From NCBI GenBank assembly GCA_965228855.1, contig CBDDIJ010000005.1, positions 256,001-320,000 on the forward strand: DNA of 64,000 nucleotides. The letters are read 5' to 3'. The translations under genes and the position numbers were made by a program. A model generated the notes under the pieces. That model was not told the origin of the DNA and searched no databases. It was given only the letters and a program-made list of their open reading frames with translations. Below, one piece after another: positions 41,626 through 51,411 of this stretch (the stretch's first letter is position 1; each line of letters begins with the position of its first letter). This DNA comes from Candidatus Obscuribacterales bacterium. Its GTDB lineage: Bacteria > Cyanobacteriota > Vampirovibrionia > Obscuribacterales > Obscuribacteraceae.

Positions 41626-42564
41626 ATGTCGAAACGCCTACTACTAGTAGAAGACAGTCCAACGCAGCTAATCACGCTGCGCAGCATGCTTGAGGCTTCA
41701 GGATATACAATCTCATCGTCGAAGAACGCCGCCGAAGGGCTTGTTCGCGCCTATAACGAGCAACCGGACCTGATTATTTCCGATGTCGTTATGGCGGGAA
41801 TTAACGGATATCAGCTCTGCAGGCTGGTCAAGAGCGATCCTGAACTTTCATCGATTCCAGTAATACTCTTGACCAAGCTCGACGGCTCCGTAGACCGCTT
41901 CTGGGGAATGAAGTCGGGAGCAGACAGGTTTATCCCCAAAGAACCAGGTTATCCCAGCCTTTTGAAAGCTGTGCGAGAGCTGCTTGATACCGTCAAGAGC
42001 GAGCCCAAATTGCGGCTTGTCGGTGAACCCTCACTCTCGCCCACCGCGCAGGAAATAAACGCGCGCTTGAATCAGCTTTTAGAACGACTCTTATTTGAAG
42101 CGACCATTGTTGATGAAGTTCGCAAACTTAGTGAAGAAACGCTGGACCTTAATGTTCTGGCAGACAAACTGTTTCAGTTGCTGTCTTCAATTCTCGACTA
42201 TGAAGCGTGCGCTCTGATAGTCAACGAGGGATCGCATTCATCGGTTTACACCGATTGCGCAAAACACGTAGCAGAGGCGGCTCTGACCACCTACGTAAGC
42301 ACCTTGAGCCTCCAACTGGGGCTGCCACCATTAAAGTCGAAGCTGGCTAAACAGCTTTATTATCCGGCAAACTCAATTACGCAACCAATCGACGTTCAGG
42401 GCGGGAGACTCGGTCTGCTCGTCGTGGTACCGCCATCAAATTCGGCATATCAGCCGGGAGACCAGAAGGTAGTACGAATTATCTGCGATCAATTATCGAT
42501 TGTCCTAAGAATTTTCCGCTTGCACGCGAAGCGCAATCAAGATTTAAACGGCGCCGCCAATTAG
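41626..42564 (+). CDS. Response regulator (REC plus degenerate GAF-like domain, no recognisable output enzyme)
   Basis: LLVEDSPTQ, ISDVVM, DRFWGMKSGAD; C-terminal GRLGLLVV..YQPGDQKVVRIICDQLSIVL. Confidence 0.85.
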   Translation: MSKRLLLVEDSPTQLITLRSMLEASGYTISSSKNAAEGLVRAYNEQPDLIISDVVMAGINGYQLCRLVKSDPELSSIPVILLTKLDGSVDRFWGMKSGADRFIPKEPGYPSLLKAVRELLDTVKSEPKLRLVGEPSLSPTAQEINARLNQLLERLLFEATIVDEVRKLSEETLDLNVLADKLFQLLSSILDYEACALIVNEGSHSSVYTDCAKHVAEAALTTYVSTLSLQLGLPPLKSKLAKQLYYPANSITQPIDVQGGRLGLLVVVPPSNSAYQPGDQKVVRIICDQLSIVLRIFRLHAKRNQDLNGAAN

Positions 42565-42573
42565 GCAACCAGA

Positions 42574-45500
42574 CTAATCAGCTTTGTCATCGCTCTTGTT
42601 TCCAGTCTTATCATTGCGATAATAATTGTTGGAAACAGGCTTGATTACAGGTTTATCTGATTGCTTCTTATCACCGGATTTGGTGGCATTCTGGTTCTCT
42701 GACTCCGCATCACCCTCGGACTCGGTAGATTCGTCTGCCTTATCATCGCTGTCGTCCTTTGTCATTTTGGCAATTGACGAAGGAATGATCGAGTCGATTT
42801 CAGTCAGGCGCGGGCGCATCCGCTGCATATCAGGCTCCGCCTCCTCCGACATAAACATGTCTGCGAGAGAACCCTGCAGTTTATAAACAATCTGCCACTC
42901 ACCGGATTTCAGGCTGTCCTGCGGATCCTCCTGCTGTTCAACATCCACTGATTCCGCAGCGGTCTTGCCGACGGCTTCGTTCGACTCTGCAAGGTTTTGC
43001 AATTCGACTGCACTATCGCTTTGTCCAGATTCTTCATCAGAGCTTCCAGTCAGTGCCGTCTCTTCCTCCGAGGGCGGAGCACCTGCGTTCTCATCGTCAT
43101 GCGCTTCAACCGACTCTTCATGCAAAGGTTCGGAAGCCGACTTTCTGTTCAAAGAGCCAAATGGTTTTACCGATGAGCTTGGCACTTGCGGCTGGTTTTC
43201 GGAGACGGAAACTGGCGAAACGTCCATCGACACAGTTGCTTTCGATGATTCTGAAGATGCGTATGTCTCCAGAGGATTGTGTAAGTCCATGGTCATCTCC
43301 TGCGAGACTTCTGGAGCCTGGGAAGATGGTATCTGTGCCGCTGTTTCTACCTGAGGATCAAGCGGAACACGTTCAATTCCTCTAGGAATTACAAAACCTT
43401 CCTCGCCAACATGCTGTTTCATCTGCTCTTCTTTAGCGTGCTCGTTGACTGCTTTGAAAGACGATTCGTTCACGGAGATCGTGGAATCGAGCGATTGCAG
43501 AAGGTTAGAAGATAAATTGACGCCCGTTGCAGAGGAGGTTGAAGGTTCGGATGTCGGGGTGTTCGGCACTTGAGCCGGAACGGAGTTCGCCTTGTTGACT
43601 GAATCGCTCTCACCTGCGGCGACATCATCTTCCAGGTTAGCGATCGGGTAAACGCCGCTCTGCATTTGTGATTCTTCTTCCGCAATCGCCTCGAAATTTG
43701 CTTCGGCCGCAGCGCGTCGCGCCAAAATTTCCTCCGGAGGAGGAGCTTGCGGAGGGAGTTCAGGAACCTTGACGCCATTAAAAGCTTCATCCAGCACAGT
43801 TTTGATACCTGACCGATCGGCGTCGTCGGCACCCTCGGCACCTTGTTTTGCAGCTTCGGCAGCTTCGCTGTCAGCAATTGGCGTGCTGAAGTCGAGCAAG
43901 TCATCGATGCTAACCACAGAAGGTTCAGGCTCGGCTTCCGGCTGCATAACTGGTTCACCGACAGGTCTCTCCGCTTTTACTTCGGCGGCAGGGGATCCCT
44001 CGTCCGGAATGAAACCTAAATCGATTTCGCCATCAGCGTCATCTTCGTCATCATAATCGACTTCGCCAAATACATTTTCATCGTCCTCTGTAGGTGTTCG
44101 CTGAGCCTTTTCTTCCATGACGACGCGAGGAATGGGAACCTCGGTGGTTGGTCGAGCGGTTGGATGCTCAGCCGCATATAGCGCGGACCTCGAGTCAATT
44201 GCAAGTTCCTCTGACGTAGTCTCCTCTGATACCGAATCCGGTGCGTTCTCTGTCGTATCACTATCGTCTGATTCTGCAAACATCTCGGTCACGGCTTCGC
44301 GGGAAGTCGTAGCATCAGAGGTGCGCATTTGCAGACCCTGCGTTTCCAACGCTTGGGTTTCAACACCTGAGCTCTCCGCATACGGCACCGGAGACTCACC
44401 ACTAGCGGTATCATCCTCGGAGCCACCAATTGTAAAATCGATGTTCGGTCGGCCCGGCTTCGGCTTCGGCGCTTCTGGTGCGGGAGCGGCGGATTCTTCA
44501 AAGCTTACAACCTTGTCGTCCGTCTCTTCCGCGGGCGCTGGTGCGGCAAGCCTCTCTACTCGAACCTGCCCTTGCATCGGTGCATCGCCTGAAGACAAAA
44601 TACTTTTCAGCGAGACACCAGCCGGACCGCCGTCCTCTATGTTCGGCTGATCGGGCGAATGAATACCTTCCATCAGTCTTCTCAAAGACTTCTTGCCCGG
44701 ATCTTTGGCTTGGTTATCCGTGACACCCTCGATGTCGAGGTTGTTCCGAATAGGCTTGCGAATCTGTTCCTGCTCACGGTCTTCGGCGACATATTCCTCG
44801 ATGGCCTCAGGTTCTGACCAGTCGAGCTGATCCTTCCATTGAGGCACGGCACGCTCAGCACGAAAAACGCGCTTAGCAGCCTCTTCAGTGTTGATGCGAG
44901 CTGCCGCACCGCGGTTCGCACCCGCGCCGCCTTCGTAGGCCGGCACGCCGGCTGTGTCCCGCAAACCGGCAGCGACGATTCGCTCCATTTCGGTTTGGGT
45001 AACATAACCCTCAGCGACAGCGGTGTTTTCAATTGGCGTTTGGCTTTCGCGCCAGAGTTTCATGCACATCTGGTAGTGCCCGACGGTCAGGTTGCCGTTT
45101 TTCAACAGCCTCTGTCCCATCAAAACCTGCTGAAGATCCTCTTCGGAAATGAAGCCCTGCTTGACCAGGAATGCGCCAAAGAGCATCTCCGGCATGGCGC
45201 GGTGCATGTCCGCCGCGATTTCCAGCTTGGTCGGCTCCAGGAGCCCGGCACACTGCATGAGTTCGCCGATTCGAAGTGGCGTACGAGAGGAGATGGAATC
45301 GACCTTATCCTCTGGAGCGCTGTGAATAATCACATCAGGAGCGCCTCTCAGACCGAGGATTCGGAAGTCGAAATCGGTTCTGGTTACCGGGTCGCTTAAA
45401 ATGTCGTGTGCAATCCAGAGATTTTGAAGCTCTTCCAACAAAGGTCGACGTTGTTTTTTCTTCGCCTTTTTCAAGCCCATCAATACTCGTCGAACGAGAA

Positions 45501-46188
45501 ACAGAAACGAGCGATGAATCTCTTCGAAGCTGGCAATCTGCTCGACTTGCAAGATTCCATATGCGTCAAAAGCAGATTTGTCGCCCTCCGCAGTCAGATT
45601 CTCGCCGGGCACGTGACTGACAAAGTCGCCGCTGTCAGCAAGCCCGCTATCATCGCTGTGCGCCTCTTGTTGAACATCTGCCGCCGGCTGAGCTTCAGGC
45701 TCTTGCGCTTCGGACGAAACCGCCTGCGACTGCACTTGCGCTGCTGGATCATCGAGGGGGGAAACCTCAACCGGAGCACTCTCCACTGTTTCATCGGAGC
45801 TTGCATCGTCGCCCCAGACGATGTCGGGCATGACGCGCTTCTTCATCTTCTTCGGCTTCTCATGGAGCCCGGAAGGTTCGATAACAGCATTGACGTCGGT
45901 CACACTCTCGGTGCCGACAGAGGTGTACTTGGGAGGCGCCGCCGGCTCCGGAGCCGGGGCGGGGCGGTTTTCGGTTTGGTCTCCGGTATCGGTTGAAGCG
46001 GCTTTCTCAGCGGCTTGTTGCTGTCTCAGGAGAAGAAAAATTTGTTTGTGAGCCAGACTGACCCCTGATGTATCGCCGCGCGCGTGGCTCTGCTTGAGCG
46101 CGGCAGCCAAAACCTTGCTCTCGAGCTCTAGGCGGTCCTTGGAGCCCATTGAGGCTACGAGGATTGTCTGGAACGCACGTGGACTCAT
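42574..46188 (-). CDS. Large protein with a J-like domain (no HPD), MshEN-like motifs and a long acidic disordered tail
   Basis: DAYGILQV..ASFEEIHRSF..AHDILSDPVTRTDFD; RIGELMQCAGLL and LFGAFLVKQGFISEEDLQQVLMGQ; about 750 aa rich in D/E/S/P. Confidence 0.75.
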   Translation of the reverse strand: MSPRAFQTILVASMGSKDRLELESKVLAAALKQSHARGDTSGVSLAHKQIFLLLRQQQAAEKAASTDTGDQTENRPAPAPEPAAPPKYTSVGTESVTDVNAVIEPSGLHEKPKKMKKRVMPDIVWGDDASSDETVESAPVEVSPLDDPAAQVQSQAVSSEAQEPEAQPAADVQQEAHSDDSGLADSGDFVSHVPGENLTAEGDKSAFDAYGILQVEQIASFEEIHRSFLFLVRRVLMGLKKAKKKQRRPLLEELQNLWIAHDILSDPVTRTDFDFRILGLRGAPDVIIHSAPEDKVDSISSRTPLRIGELMQCAGLLEPTKLEIAADMHRAMPEMLFGAFLVKQGFISEEDLQQVLMGQRLLKNGNLTVGHYQMCMKLWRESQTPIENTAVAEGYVTQTEMERIVAAGLRDTAGVPAYEGGAGANRGAAARINTEEAAKRVFRAERAVPQWKDQLDWSEPEAIEEYVAEDREQEQIRKPIRNNLDIEGVTDNQAKDPGKKSLRRLMEGIHSPDQPNIEDGGPAGVSLKSILSSGDAPMQGQVRVERLAAPAPAEETDDKVVSFEESAAPAPEAPKPKPGRPNIDFTIGGSEDDTASGESPVPYAESSGVETQALETQGLQMRTSDATTSREAVTEMFAESDDSDTTENAPDSVSEETTSEELAIDSRSALYAAEHPTARPTTEVPIPRVVMEEKAQRTPTEDDENVFGEVDYDDEDDADGEIDLGFIPDEGSPAAEVKAERPVGEPVMQPEAEPEPSVVSIDDLLDFSTPIADSEAAEAAKQGAEGADDADRSGIKTVLDEAFNGVKVPELPPQAPPPEEILARRAAAEANFEAIAEEESQMQSGVYPIANLEDDVAAGESDSVNKANSVPAQVPNTPTSEPSTSSATGVNLSSNLLQSLDSTISVNESSFKAVNEHAKEEQMKQHVGEEGFVIPRGIERVPLDPQVETAAQIPSSQAPEVSQEMTMDLHNPLETYASSESSKATVSMDVSPVSVSENQPQVPSSSVKPFGSLNRKSASEPLHEESVEAHDDENAGAPPSEEETALTGSSDEESGQSDSAVELQNLAESNEAVGKTAAESVDVEQQEDPQDSLKSGEWQIVYKLQGSLADMFMSEEAEPDMQRMRPRLTEIDSIIPSSIAKMTKDDSDDKADESTESEGDAESENQNATKSGDKKQSDKPVIKPVSNNYYRNDKTGNKSDDKAD

Positions 46189-46348
46189 CTGGTGGATTTC
46201 ATCGGGTTGCTAAGCAGATAAGGTAGTCCTGAACTCCTTATCACCAACTTTATTGACATTTTTGATTAGACATTAACACCTTTTTGAAAAGGAAAATATA
46301 AATAGGCAAAATAGGAGCTGAATCTCGGCGACAAAAGGAAATTGAAAA

Positions 46349-47122
46349 TTGAGCGTTGAAGCGGCATTAGAGCTTTTATCAGAACAGGCGGCAACCTTAT
46401 CCATGAGCTTTTCGGATGAGGAGATAACCGAATTTGAAACCTATCTCAAGGCTTTAGCGGCTTATAACGAGAACGTGAATCTCGTCGCTGACGCATCGCC
46501 GGAACTGGTAGTCAAAAGACACGTGCTGGACTGCCTGGCCGTCGTGGAGGTACTCATCCGGCTCACCGGAGAAACAGAGGGCGGCTCCGTACGCGACCCA
46601 GAAGCCCAGCGCCGCACATTGATTGACGTCGGCAGCGGAGCGGGACTACCGGGGTTGATTATTGCCATTGCGTGCCCTGGACTCGATGTCGTTTTACTAG
46701 ACTCAATCGGCAAGAAGACAAAATTTCTTCAACAGGCGGCGAAGCAAATCGGTCTGGAGAAGCGAGTTTCAGTCATCACCGGACGCGCGGAAGAACTGGC
46801 GAGATCTCCTAAGAGGTCAAGTTTCGACTTCGCCACTTCACGCGCCGTTGGACACCTGGGCTTGGTGTCGGAACTTACGCTACCGCTGTTGAAAAACCGC
46901 GGACGCCTGCTCTGTCAGAAGTCTCGAAAACAGGTCGATCCAGAAGTGAAGGAACTGATGCCAGTTCTCGAGGAACTGGGCGGCAGCAAGCCAGAGATAA
47001 TCGTTCCAAAACTGCAAACAGGCGAGAACGAGCACGTCATCGTTTCAATCGAAAAGCGAAAAGGTACCAGGCAGATATATCCAAGAACCTGGGCTGAAAT
47101 TATCAGGCACTGGAAGGGTTAG
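46349..47122 (+). CDS. rsmG: 16S rRNA m7G527 methyltransferase
   Basis: NLVA..HVLDCL, DVGSGAGLPG, LLDSIGKK, GRAEE, SRAV, YPR. Confidence 0.93.
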   Translation: MSVEAALELLSEQAATLSMSFSDEEITEFETYLKALAAYNENVNLVADASPELVVKRHVLDCLAVVEVLIRLTGETEGGSVRDPEAQRRTLIDVGSGAGLPGLIIAIACPGLDVVLLDSIGKKTKFLQQAAKQIGLEKRVSVITGRAEELARSPKRSSFDFATSRAVGHLGLVSELTLPLLKNRGRLLCQKSRKQVDPEVKELMPVLEELGGSKPEIIVPKLQTGENEHVIVSIEKRKGTRQIYPRTWAEIIRHWKG

Positions 47123-47148
47123 ATTGAAAACGGTTTTGAAAACAACGT

Positions 47149-48093
47149 TTAAACCATCATGTCGGCCATGTCGCTCTCGGCTTCATCAGCGACAAGCCAG
47201 CCTTCAGCCGACGCTTGTTGCCGTGCGCCTTGATTGTCTCCGTTGACGCGCAGCTCTAAAATCCGGCGCTTACTGCCAAAAATGTACTTCGCTCGATTGA
47301 TGAGGGCAGTCACGTCCACGTGTTCGTGAGCAAAAATGATGTTATCGGGATGGCGATACCAGCTATCGCCGACCGGCACGACTATATCAGCGACCATCTC
47401 GCCGACGTCCAGATACTCAGGTTCCAGATTCGCCTTGACAGGCCAGTGAAGCAAATAACGGCGCTGGTCGAAGCCCAGACACTCAATTCGTCCCAGGTAG
47501 TGCATCGACTCTTCTTCTATTTTGAAGCCGGCGTCACTGTAGTTGCGCAACTCCTCGCGCCAGCAGTCCTGCAGAACCTGAGAGACCGTACTGATGTGAT
47601 TCTCCAGCCGCCACATCTGTGAGGTCGGGAGATACGACTTGGACGGTCGGAAATCCCATTCTCGGTCGTTGTACATGAGCTGATACTGGTGAGTGTGCGC
47701 CCAGGAAGTCATAAGCACGCTCGTCCAGATGTTGTTGTCTTGATAGACCTGAGCGTAGCTTTTCTTGAACCATTCCTGCCACTCTTCAAAAGAGTCGTAA
47801 TTCGAAGAGCGCTTGGCTAGACCTTCGCGCCACTCGCGCTCGTCGTGCAGTGGGTCTTCGGCGTGGAAAAATTCTTCCCAGTATGCGGTCACTGCCGCGA
47901 CTTCCAGAACCGACCTGTCAGCGCGACCGATTTTCTCAAGCCACAAACGATTGGCTACATTGAGGATCTCCTCGCAGCGAGAGTAAGGATTCGAATCCTT
48001 CAATTCATCGCTATGTCGCACGTAGTCTACTGATGCTCGGATTAAGAATGCCGGAAGCATGCGCCAACAATCCCTCGGTTTCCGCCTGGTCAA
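47149..48093 (-). CDS. Hypothetical Trp-rich protein
   Basis: 314-aa ORF filling the gap, co-oriented with malQ; no recognised family; start uncertain. Confidence 0.7.
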   Translation of the reverse strand: MTRRKPRDCWRMLPAFLIRASVDYVRHSDELKDSNPYSRCEEILNVANRLWLEKIGRADRSVLEVAAVTAYWEEFFHAEDPLHDEREWREGLAKRSSNYDSFEEWQEWFKKSYAQVYQDNNIWTSVLMTSWAHTHQYQLMYNDREWDFRPSKSYLPTSQMWRLENHISTVSQVLQDCWREELRNYSDAGFKIEEESMHYLGRIECLGFDQRRYLLHWPVKANLEPEYLDVGEMVADIVVPVGDSWYRHPDNIIFAHEHVDVTALINRAKYIFGSKRRILELRVNGDNQGARQQASAEGWLVADEAESDMADMMV

Positions 48094-48191
48094 TCTAACA
48101 CAGCACTATAACAAAAGTTTTGCGCGTGATGTTGGTTGTATGCCCGAAATAGAAAAATAATGCGTTTCTAAACCGGACAAGGTAGTCAATA

Positions 48192-49925
48192 TCAGCCGCC
48201 GGAAACGCCGGTTGGCGTTTTTGACACGCGATTGGTTGATACAATCGCGTCGCGATAGCGTTGAATGCGAGGTCCGAATACCGGATCGGCTTCGAAATCG
48301 CTGAGCCTCATTGCAAGCCGCTCGGTCCAGCACGCTTCACCTGACATTCCCGGCTGGTTGAAACGCTGGGTGGTCGCGAGCAAGTCTGTGATCATAAACA
48401 CAGCCAGCCAGCAGGGACTTTCGAACAGACGCTCGATGAATATCTGATGCAACTCATCGGTGAATTCTTTTGGCGGCTCTTCTTCGTCGTCCATGTCGAG
48501 CAAACGGAGCAGGCGCTGGACTTCTTTCCAGCCTTCTTCGCCGTCCTCGCCGTGCCACCATTCGACAAGACCTTGATAGTACGCCGCGATCGGCTGGTGA
48601 TCGTGTGTCGCATAGGTCGCCAATGACAGCGGATGATGCTCGCCCATCGGTTTGAACTCACGAGTCTCCTCAATCCGTTCAAAAATCGGAATCGCGAAGC
48701 CTGCCATGCCAAGCTCATGCAGAGCCGGTCTCAGGTACTCGGGAACGATGATGCCCAGATCCTCGGCGACGATATTGCAATCACGGGCGGTATCACCAAG
48801 AACTTTCAGGATTCTTGAGCCTTCCTCGCAATTTTGTTCAGCATCCTCTTCTTCCTCATCCGAGCGAGGAAGAAACTGGGGGAGCAAGCCCCCGGTCAGT
48901 TCTTCTGCCTCTTCCTCGGTTAGCTCCAGAAACTCGTGATTCCGCTCAGGAATCCAGGGAAATGCATAGACGCGGAAAAAACCGAGGACATGATCGATGC
49001 GATAGTCGTGGAAGTGATCGAGGTTTCTCAGCACGCGCTGTTTCCACCAGCTGAACTTTTCCTTTGCGTTAGCCTTCCAGTCATAAATCGGAACGCCCCA
49101 GTTTTGCCCCCATTTTTTTGTGAATTCATCACTGGCGAAGACAGGCTCCGGCGGAGCTCCTCCAGCCCACTTCAAGTCGAAGAGACTTTGATGGCTCCAA
49201 ACATCGGCACTGTATCGACTGACACCAAATGGGATATCGCCCATTAAGCGAACGCCCTGCTTTTCCGCGTTCTTTCTGACCTCGCCCCATTGTTGATAAG
49301 CGACCCATTGAACGTATTTGAGGAAGTCTCGCTGTTCTTCCAGGCGAGCCCTCTCCTCGTGTTTCAACAACCACTTCTCTGCACTTTCAAACGTCTGCAG
49401 GTTCTTCTCCCATTGTGTCCAGCACGGGTTTCCGAAGTGCTCGTTCATAATTGTTTTAAACAACGAGTACGGCTCCAGCCACTGCTTATGGTGCGCTTTG
49501 AATTCGTCGAATCCGGACTTGAGCGGATGTTTTTTATCGGCAACGAAGCCATCGTAAGCGAGTTTCAGCAACTTGAGCTTCAGCGCCCGAACCTTGTCAT
49601 AATCAATGCGGTGACTGCTTGCATCGATACCGGAATTCGGAACTTCCGAAGCGAGATGCTCCTCAGTCAGACCGGGCACCATATCCGGCATCAGTGTAAG
49701 CAAGCAGGGTTCAAGCGAAATGGAACTGATTGCGTTGTAAGGGCTGTTGTCACCGCTGGTTTCATTAATCGGCAAGGTTTGCAACACAGCGATTTTGTTT
49801 CTCGCACAAAAATCAACTGCATCTTTCATAGCCAGCGTATCACCAATTCCAAGGTCACCTTCGCGTCGAAGCGCAAATGCGGGAATTAGCACACCAGCTA
49901 GTTTACTCTCAGGATTGATCGGCAT
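48192..49925 (-). CDS. malQ: 4-alpha-glucanotransferase (GH77)
   Basis: SPYNAIS, MGDIPFGV, GQNWGVP, RIDHVLGF, AEDLG, THDH. Confidence 0.95.
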   Translation of the reverse strand: MPINPESKLAGVLIPAFALRREGDLGIGDTLAMKDAVDFCARNKIAVLQTLPINETSGDNSPYNAISSISLEPCLLTLMPDMVPGLTEEHLASEVPNSGIDASSHRIDYDKVRALKLKLLKLAYDGFVADKKHPLKSGFDEFKAHHKQWLEPYSLFKTIMNEHFGNPCWTQWEKNLQTFESAEKWLLKHEERARLEEQRDFLKYVQWVAYQQWGEVRKNAEKQGVRLMGDIPFGVSRYSADVWSHQSLFDLKWAGGAPPEPVFASDEFTKKWGQNWGVPIYDWKANAKEKFSWWKQRVLRNLDHFHDYRIDHVLGFFRVYAFPWIPERNHEFLELTEEEAEELTGGLLPQFLPRSDEEEEDAEQNCEEGSRILKVLGDTARDCNIVAEDLGIIVPEYLRPALHELGMAGFAIPIFERIEETREFKPMGEHHPLSLATYATHDHQPIAAYYQGLVEWWHGEDGEEGWKEVQRLLRLLDMDDEEEPPKEFTDELHQIFIERLFESPCWLAVFMITDLLATTQRFNQPGMSGEACWTERLAMRLSDFEADPVFGPRIQRYRDAIVSTNRVSKTPTGVSGG

Positions 49926-51221
49926 CTATACACCTACTCTCGTAAAAACAGCGTCTATGTTTTTCAAATAATTTTCCGGATTCAAGCAACCCTCGATATC
50001 TTCCTTGGTGATCAATTTCATCACCCGCTCATCCTTCAAAAGATTTTCGTGAAAACTTGCACCGTTGTTGTTGTAGGCTTGATGAGCATTGGCTTGGACG
50101 ATCCGATAAGCTTCCTCGCGCGCCAGACCTTTTTCGACGAGCTTCAACATCACAGCCTGCGAGAAAATCACGCCGCCAAAAACATCCATGTTGCGCCGCA
50201 TGTTTTCCGGATAGACAACAAGATTTTCCATTATTCCAGCGAAACGGTGAAGCATGTAGTCAATTAGAATGGTCGAGTCGGGCAGAATAATCCGCTCAAC
50301 AGAACTGTGACTGATGTCGCGTTCGTGCCATAACGGAATGTTCTCCAGAGCAGCCATAGCATTTCCGCGGAGCAATCGAGCCAATCCGGAAATATTTTCC
50401 GAACCAACGGGATTTCGCTTGTGCGGCATTGCCGAGCTACCTTTCTGGCCTACGGTAAATGGCTCCTCCGCTTCGAGAACATCGGTGCGTTGCAAATGAC
50501 GAATCTCGGTTGCGAACTTATCCAAACTGCTTCCAATTAGAGCAAGCGTGAATACGTACTGAGCATGCCTGTCTCGCTGAATGATCTGCGTAGAGATTGG
50601 CGCAGCGGTGATACCCAGCAGTTTGCAAGCCGCTTCTTCAATCACCGGAGTGATGTTTGAAAACGTTCCAACCGCCCCTGAGAATTTGCCGACAGAAATC
50701 ATATCGATTGCTTGTTGCAACCGTATCTGGTGGCGTCGCACCTCTTCCAGCCAGACAGCCATTTTAAAACCGAATGTAGTGGGCTCGCCGTGAATTCCGT
50801 GAGAACGACCGATTGTGACCGTATGTTTGTGTTTTTGAGCCTGGGAAAGAATGGCGTCGTGCAAACGATTGAGGCCGACTTGAATGAGCTTCGCCGCTTT
50901 GATCATAGTTAGAGCCAGCGCTGTGTCGATGACATCGGAGCTGGTCATACCCTTATGAATGTAACGACCAGCGTCGCCGACATTCTCGTTGACATTCGTG
51001 AGGAACGCGATTACGTCATGCTTCACTTCCAACTCAATTTCTTTAATTCGATCGACATCGAAAGAAGCTTTCGCCTTGATTTCGGCCAGCGCCTCTTTGG
51101 GTATCATGCCGAGTTCAACTTGAGCCTCGACGACTGCTATTTCAACGTCCAGCCAGGCCTGAAAGCGGGCTTCGTCAGTCCAAATTGCGCCCATTTCGGG
51201 CCTCGTGTAACGCTCAATCAC
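49926..51221 (-). CDS. purB: Adenylosuccinate lyase
   Basis: MIERYTRPEM, HDVIAF, TSSDV, GRSHGIH, GSSAMPHKRNP. Confidence 0.98.
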   Translation of the reverse strand: MIERYTRPEMGAIWTDEARFQAWLDVEIAVVEAQVELGMIPKEALAEIKAKASFDVDRIKEIELEVKHDVIAFLTNVNENVGDAGRYIHKGMTSSDVIDTALALTMIKAAKLIQVGLNRLHDAILSQAQKHKHTVTIGRSHGIHGEPTTFGFKMAVWLEEVRRHQIRLQQAIDMISVGKFSGAVGTFSNITPVIEEAACKLLGITAAPISTQIIQRDRHAQYVFTLALIGSSLDKFATEIRHLQRTDVLEAEEPFTVGQKGSSAMPHKRNPVGSENISGLARLLRGNAMAALENIPLWHERDISHSSVERIILPDSTILIDYMLHRFAGIMENLVVYPENMRRNMDVFGGVIFSQAVMLKLVEKGLAREEAYRIVQANAHQAYNNNGASFHENLLKDERVMKLITKEDIEGCLNPENYLKNIDAVFTRVGV

Positions 51222-51411
51222 TCTGAGGTCTCCTGTGCGGAAAAACGCTTATTTTACACCGAGGAGACGGAAAAACCGCCATGCACACAAGCATTACGCA
51301 AACTTCTCTTCAAAGTCGAAGAGCTTATTTCAAACGCGCTAAAATAGGCTCGACCGAAACATATATCGATCGGGCCCTGTAAGTACCATCACGCTGACTA
51401 CGGAAAAAAAA

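Noticed and set aside
42626..46051. Many long antisense ORFs within large genes (here and throughout the track)
   Set aside because: Shadow ORFs opposite well-supported genes, with no motifs or RBS
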